A stretch of 64,000 nt of DNA. It comes from the human T2T-CHM13v2.0 reference genome, Homo sapiens. Made by a program: the position numbers and the translations under genes. This document shows positions 58,981 through 64,000 of this stretch, in pieces. How positions within the stretch are numbered: the first letter of the stretch is position 1; each line of letters opens with the position of its first letter. The stretch lies in NCBI RefSeq assembly GCF_009914755.1, contig NC_060932.1. One strand, given 5' to 3'. The notes beneath the pieces are model-generated. The model had not been told where the DNA came from and searched no databases. It worked only from the letters and a program-made list of their open reading frames with translations.

Positions 58981-59946
58981 GCAGGGGGTCCAGACAAGGT
59001 GCCTTCCTGGTACACTGCCTCTTCTGAAGACTCCTTCATGATGCCTGCTTCCTGTGGTCTCCTTTTCAAGAGATTCTGGGCAGAGGTCATAAGCATGGAC
59101 CAAATGATGCTGCTTCTCAGGACAGACAATGTACCAAGTAGTAGGACCTGATACAGACATAGGCTGGGCGCCTGACAGGACTGCTCTTTTCTGAATGAGA
59201 CCTAGCTGGTCAATTGCTTTAAGGACCTGCATCACAGTGATACACAGTGCGAAAGTGGGAAAAACATATGCCTATTTCTAAAGTGGATGCTGTCAGAGAC
59301 GCTGCTGAGTAGCCAGATCTATTGCTAGACTATCAAATGCATTATTTAATTCACTTATTATTTTCACAATTTGCTGACAGTCTGATACTTGCAAGACACA
59401 TAGCTTAGTGGAGAAGACAGACTTTTTCCAGCCCTGGTGGGGCTGAAAGTCTATCAGTTATGACAGACAGTTAGCAATTTATTATACAACTGTGAATTTA
59501 TTTATAATGTAGTAATTGTCATATGCATATTCAGGGGTCTGAAGGGTGAGAAGTGAGCGAGGATAACTGAGTATGAGACAGGGGAAAGCTGCTGGGGAAC
59601 TCTGAATGTTATTCTATTTCTAGGGAATTTCAGTGGCTTAATCAATTTCCTTTCACCTTCTTCCTCAAGTGCTTTTACATAAAACCTTTAAACTGTGTTA
59701 TCCTGAACATTTCACTTTTTTTTTTATTCGTAGTCTGAAAAAGCCAACCCACACTAGTTAATTGTTTCTAACAAGACCAAATGGTGAGATGCAGCAACAG
59801 ACATGGAACACGTGAGGGCCAGTGTCTCAGCTGTGCTTCATTGGGGTTACAGTCTGGGTAATTATTTGGAAAACAGGTTGAGTGGAAGAAAGGAAGTAAA
59901 GGATGTGAGAAGAGTCTGGAGGTTGTGAGGTCAGCCCGAAGGCAGG

Positions 59947-60309
59947 TGATATGGTTTGGCTCTTTGTCCCTACCCAAATCTCATCTTGAATTGTAATCCC
60001 CATGTGTCAAGGGAGGTTCCAGGTGGACGTGATTGGATCATGGGGGTGGTTTTCCCCTTGCTGTTCTTATGATAGTGAGTTCTCAGGAGAGCTGATGGTT
60101 TTAAAGTGTGGTACTTCCTTGTTCTCGCACTTACTTCCTCCTGTCACCTTGTGAAGAAGGTGCCTGTTACCCCTTCACCTTCTGCCATGATTATAAGTTT
60201 CCTGAGGCCTCCCCAGCCAGGTGGAACTGTGAGTCAATTAAACTTCTTTCCTTTAAAATTACCCAGTCTTGGGTATCTCTTTATAGCAGTCTGAAAACAA
60301 GCTAAAATA
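59947..60309 (+). mobile_element. THE1/MST-type MaLR solo LTR
   Basis: TGATATGGTTTGGCTC..AAATCTCATCTTGAATTGTAATCCCC..TTTATAGCAG. Confidence 0.92.
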
Positions 60310-60329
60310 ATAGGTGTGTTAGATCCAGG

Positions 60330-60773
60330 TGTCTAAGTTAAATGCAATCTAGAGACAAATCTCTAAATTTTATTTGGGAAGCAAGAATTGCAACTCGGGG
60401 CATACACACAAACCAGATGATCTTTGTCTAAAGAACAAGGAGAAGGTTGGAGGTTTTCTAAAAGGAAAAATGTTACATATTGTTTTTCCAGAAAGTTCAT
60501 TGGCACTAGTAAAATTCTGGGGAGCTGGCAAGCTCTGATTCATGAGTGACAGTGGTGGTTAAAACTGGCCTTAGACTCATAGCAGGTTGTTTCAGTAGCT
60601 ATGAGAGAAAAACTGGTTTCATGTTCCAATGGGCAGTTTCAGCAGCTGGGCTTGTGGAAGATTTAATTCTTGGAGCAGGTGCTATATGTCTTGAGTGCTT
60701 CCTCCCTGGTTCTTCTATTCTGTTTTACCTGAATATTACAAGAATGACCCAATTTGTAAAATCAGCTTTCACA
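60330..60773 (-). mobile_element. ERV1-class solo LTR (MER31-like)
   Basis: TG...CA termini (TGTCTAAG..CTTTCACA); TTTTATTTGGGAAGCAAGAATTGCAA and CAAGAATGACCCAATTTGT motifs; flanks CAGG/CAGT. Family name recalled and uncertain. Confidence 0.65.
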
Positions 60774-63100
60774 CAGTGAAAAATGGTGGCTACTGATACC
60801 AAGGGCTTGGAGAAGGGATTGAAGAGAAGCCGCCAGTTTGGGGATGTGTAGTTATGGTATTTTGTGACTGATGGGATGTGTTCAATGAGGGAGAGGAAGG
60901 AACCATGGAGGACTCCCTGAAGGACTTGATACACCTCAAGTTTGAGAATGTGGTTCATAATTTTTTCATTTAAAAATTTATAAGTTTTGAGGAACTTTTA
61001 AATATTTGTTATTTGCATTTTGGTTAACCGAAGCCTATATTTCATAGATTGTTATGACAATCACTATGTATTGTTCTTTAGGTCACTTTCTGAAAGCATG
61101 CAATGAGACACAAAATCTAACCACAGTCCAGGAAAGGAGGCCCTAATTACATAATACCTTATGATAATAATATGTTTAAATATAACAAATGGGTCACATT
61201 GAATATTTCTCAGTTACATCGAGGATTACACAGTGTAATTAATTTTGGTCCATCTGATGCCATTCTTTTCATCCTAAATTAAGTTTCTTCTCAATCTCTG
61301 TTCTTAGAATGTTAACTGTATCACTATATTTGACATAGATGAGTGAGTTCAGGAGGGCCGATGACTTTTACTTCAAGCCTTTTATCTCTCAATGGCCTCA
61401 AAATTACAAATGATTGGCTTTAGGGGATGCTGCATTGAAAAGGCAGACAAAACAAAACAAAACATTCTTGCAAACATAGCAGAAGCTGGTTTTATGACTT
61501 AGACCTACACATATTAGTAAAGGGTCTAACAACTTTGGTGCATGAAATTTAGCTACAGAAAGGACAAGCAACTGCCTCTGCTAGCCAGAACAAAAGCTCA
61601 CATTGTGAGATTTCAGTGGCATAATATACGGGCTTCAAGTAAGAGTTCTGGTCAGTGCGATATAAAGGAAGTGCTTCATTAGCTATCATAGTGCATACCT
61701 CTCAGCCTTGTACCACATGGCAGCATGCAGCAAAAGCATGGGCGCAAAGAATGAGCTATTCACTCAGGATTCATAATCTAGCTCTGTTTCAGCCTCCTGG
61801 GTTGACAGCTTTCAAGTTAAGCATGGAAGGCTCTAAAGAAACAGTCTTGCATTCTTCAGTGACATAGTTTGTTTTTGGAAAATGCCTATCTAAAATAAGG
61901 AGATAAAATGAGTTTAGCCTGTGAGCTCCATTTATGACATTAGCTCTCTTTTCCAGGGCAGGGTGATATTTTTATGCTTACTTTGAACACTTTAATAACA
62001 TAGTTTTACTGAAAGATTCATCTCAAATAAAATAATTTGCAATTTCCATGTCATTCAACACTATGTAATTATAATAATATTCATTTTATAGTGAAAGCTA
62101 ACATTGTAAGTAGAAAAATTACAATAAAATGCTTTGCAAAGATGCTGAGTAGTGGAAAAATAATTCTATGTAGTAGTTTTCAGGAAAATCGTTGTGAATT
62201 CCAATTCTGTCATCTGTAATCACAGACCCTTCTACCCAAGGAAAACACAAAAGTATGTAACTCAAATTCAAATTAATGGCACATTTCTGTGTTCGTTTTA
62301 TACATCATCTGTGCTATGAAAGGAAACACATTATATTTAGAATCTCATTTATATTCATTTCCTAGATTCCAAGGTCAGTGTTCAATAGCACTGCCCAAAG
62401 GCTGATGGACTTAACTTTATAAAATTGCATAAAGATGCCCAGAACCATTCTGAAATTGAACTACAATAAAACAAATGTAAATAAGGCAGCTATCTATTGG
62501 ACTAGCGTCAGAAAACCTAGATATTATGTTATCATACAATTTCCAAGACAAAGTAGCAAAAGAGATGGTACAATTCAAATTCATATTTAACATTATTTGT
62601 TGTGAAGTTGCTTTGCTACTCTTAAATATACTGGGCATATTCATTTTGAATATAGCTGAGTAATATAGAACCTACATTTGTTTTGAGTTTTACCGGATAC
62701 TCAGATCGAATAGTAGGAAATCATTGCCTAATGCTTAAAAACATTAAAAAATCCTGAAATATACCAATCTGAAAAGAACTAAAAAAAAACTTTCACTTAT
62801 TTTCAAATAAAACTAATACTTTCTTAAAATAATTTCTTACTTAAGTATGAGATGTGAGCAGTCACTCTACAGGCTGGCCAGACAGGTTTGTGATAGGGTC
62901 AGAGAATATAACGTGTACTCACAAGGCCCCCACAGATGTTCACCTAAAATAAAGATACTTCTTAATGAACAGGTAGGTTCCTCTATTTAACGATTTTATT
63001 TTTCTCACTTAGAAAATCACCAGCAGTTTTCATACTAAAAGTCGACCCCAAAAGCAGATTGTGTAATTAGCCTTTAATCTGGTTTTCATACAAACTACAC

Positions 63101-63432
63101 TTCATGGGTTAAATTGTACTCCTCCTCCCCCACCATTCTTAAGTTGAAGTCCTAACCTCCAGTATCTGAGAATGTGGCCTTATTTGGAGATGGAGTCTTT
63201 AAAGAGAAAATCAGGTTGAAATGAAGCCATTTGAATAGGTGTTAATCTAATATGGCTAGTGTCCCTGTGGGGGGGGAGGGAAAAAGGAAATTTGGGCACA
63301 GAGACAGGCATGGAGGGAGAACATCATGAGAACGTGAAGACAGCCATCTACCAGTCAAGGAGAGAGGCCTGGAACAGATCCTCCCCTCACAACCCTCAGA
63401 AGGAACCAACCCTACTGATGCCTTGATTTCAG
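63101..63432 (+). mobile_element. MaLR LTR fragment (MLT1B-like)
   Basis: GTTGAAGTCCTAACCTCCAGTA..GAATGTGGCCTTATTTGGAGAT..GAGAGGCCTGGAACAGAT..CAGAAGGAACCAACCCT. Confidence 0.82.
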
Positions 63433-63623
63433 TGATAATATCCTTTACAAAAAGGTCACTGAGATTATATATATATTTTTTAATTAAAAAAATTGTTGGT
63501 TAAAATGGGGACATTTGGAATGTCTAGGCTCAAACTTTGTGTGCTAGTTCGTATTTCAACAGCTACACGAAAGTCAATTTGTCTAACATTTAGATAAATA
63601 TTGTATATTTAAAGTGTTTTTCC

Positions 63624-63942
63624 TTTTTTTTTTTTTGAGACAGAAATATTGCTCTGTCTGTCAACCAGGCTGGAGTGCACTGGTGCAATCATAGCTCACT
63701 GCAGCCTCGTACTTCTGACCAGCAATCCTCCTGCCTCAGCCTCCTCAGTAGCTAGGACTAGAGGTGCACACCTGGCTAAACAACTACAGCCATGCAACTA
63801 CAGCCACACCTGGTGCAACTGCAGCCACACCTAGCTAAGTTTTTCATTTTGTAGAAACAAGTTTGGGAAGGGGTCTCGCTGTGTTGCCCAGGCTGGTCTT
63901 GAACTCCTATTCTTAAAGATCCTCCTGCTTCATCCTCCTAAA
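63624..63942 (-). mobile_element. AluJ-like, degenerate, with internal tandem duplication
   Basis: GCAATCATAGCTCACTGCAGCCTC and GGGTCTCGCTGTGTTGCCCAGGCTGG are J-type; extra CAACTACAGCCA repeats inside. Confidence 0.85.
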
Positions 63943-64000
63943 GCAGTAATTATTTAAAAATGAAAAGCCACTACACGTGCAGGATTTAATTTTGCTTAAA

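Overview
Human-type (primate) genomic DNA covering the 5' end of the long isoform of DLC1 (ARHGAP7, RhoGAP tumour suppressor) on the minus strand. The first coding exon is at 2672-1525 (125 nt of UTR plus 1023 nt / 341 codons) and the non-coding first exon ends at the donor at 17079. A possible second start exon lies near 18034-18135. The other ~46 kb is AT-rich non-coding DNA full of Alu, L1, L2, MIR, MaLR/ERV LTR and MER5 remnants, microsatellites and one truncated 5S rRNA retropseudogene. I find no new protein-coding or multi-gene system. The best observations are: a uORF-packed DLC1 5' leader, including one junction-spanning uORF and one overlapping the start codon; a tail-less Alu fused to an L1 3' end inside one target-site duplication (TSD); a tailless 5S retrocopy primed by microhomology; an old L1 with a twin-priming inversion; a 45-nt L1 filler inside a MER5A1; an inverted minisatellite; and an H254/D255/I260 coding haplotype. 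Gene identity, repeat subfamilies and variant status come from my recall of known sequences and were not checked against any database.
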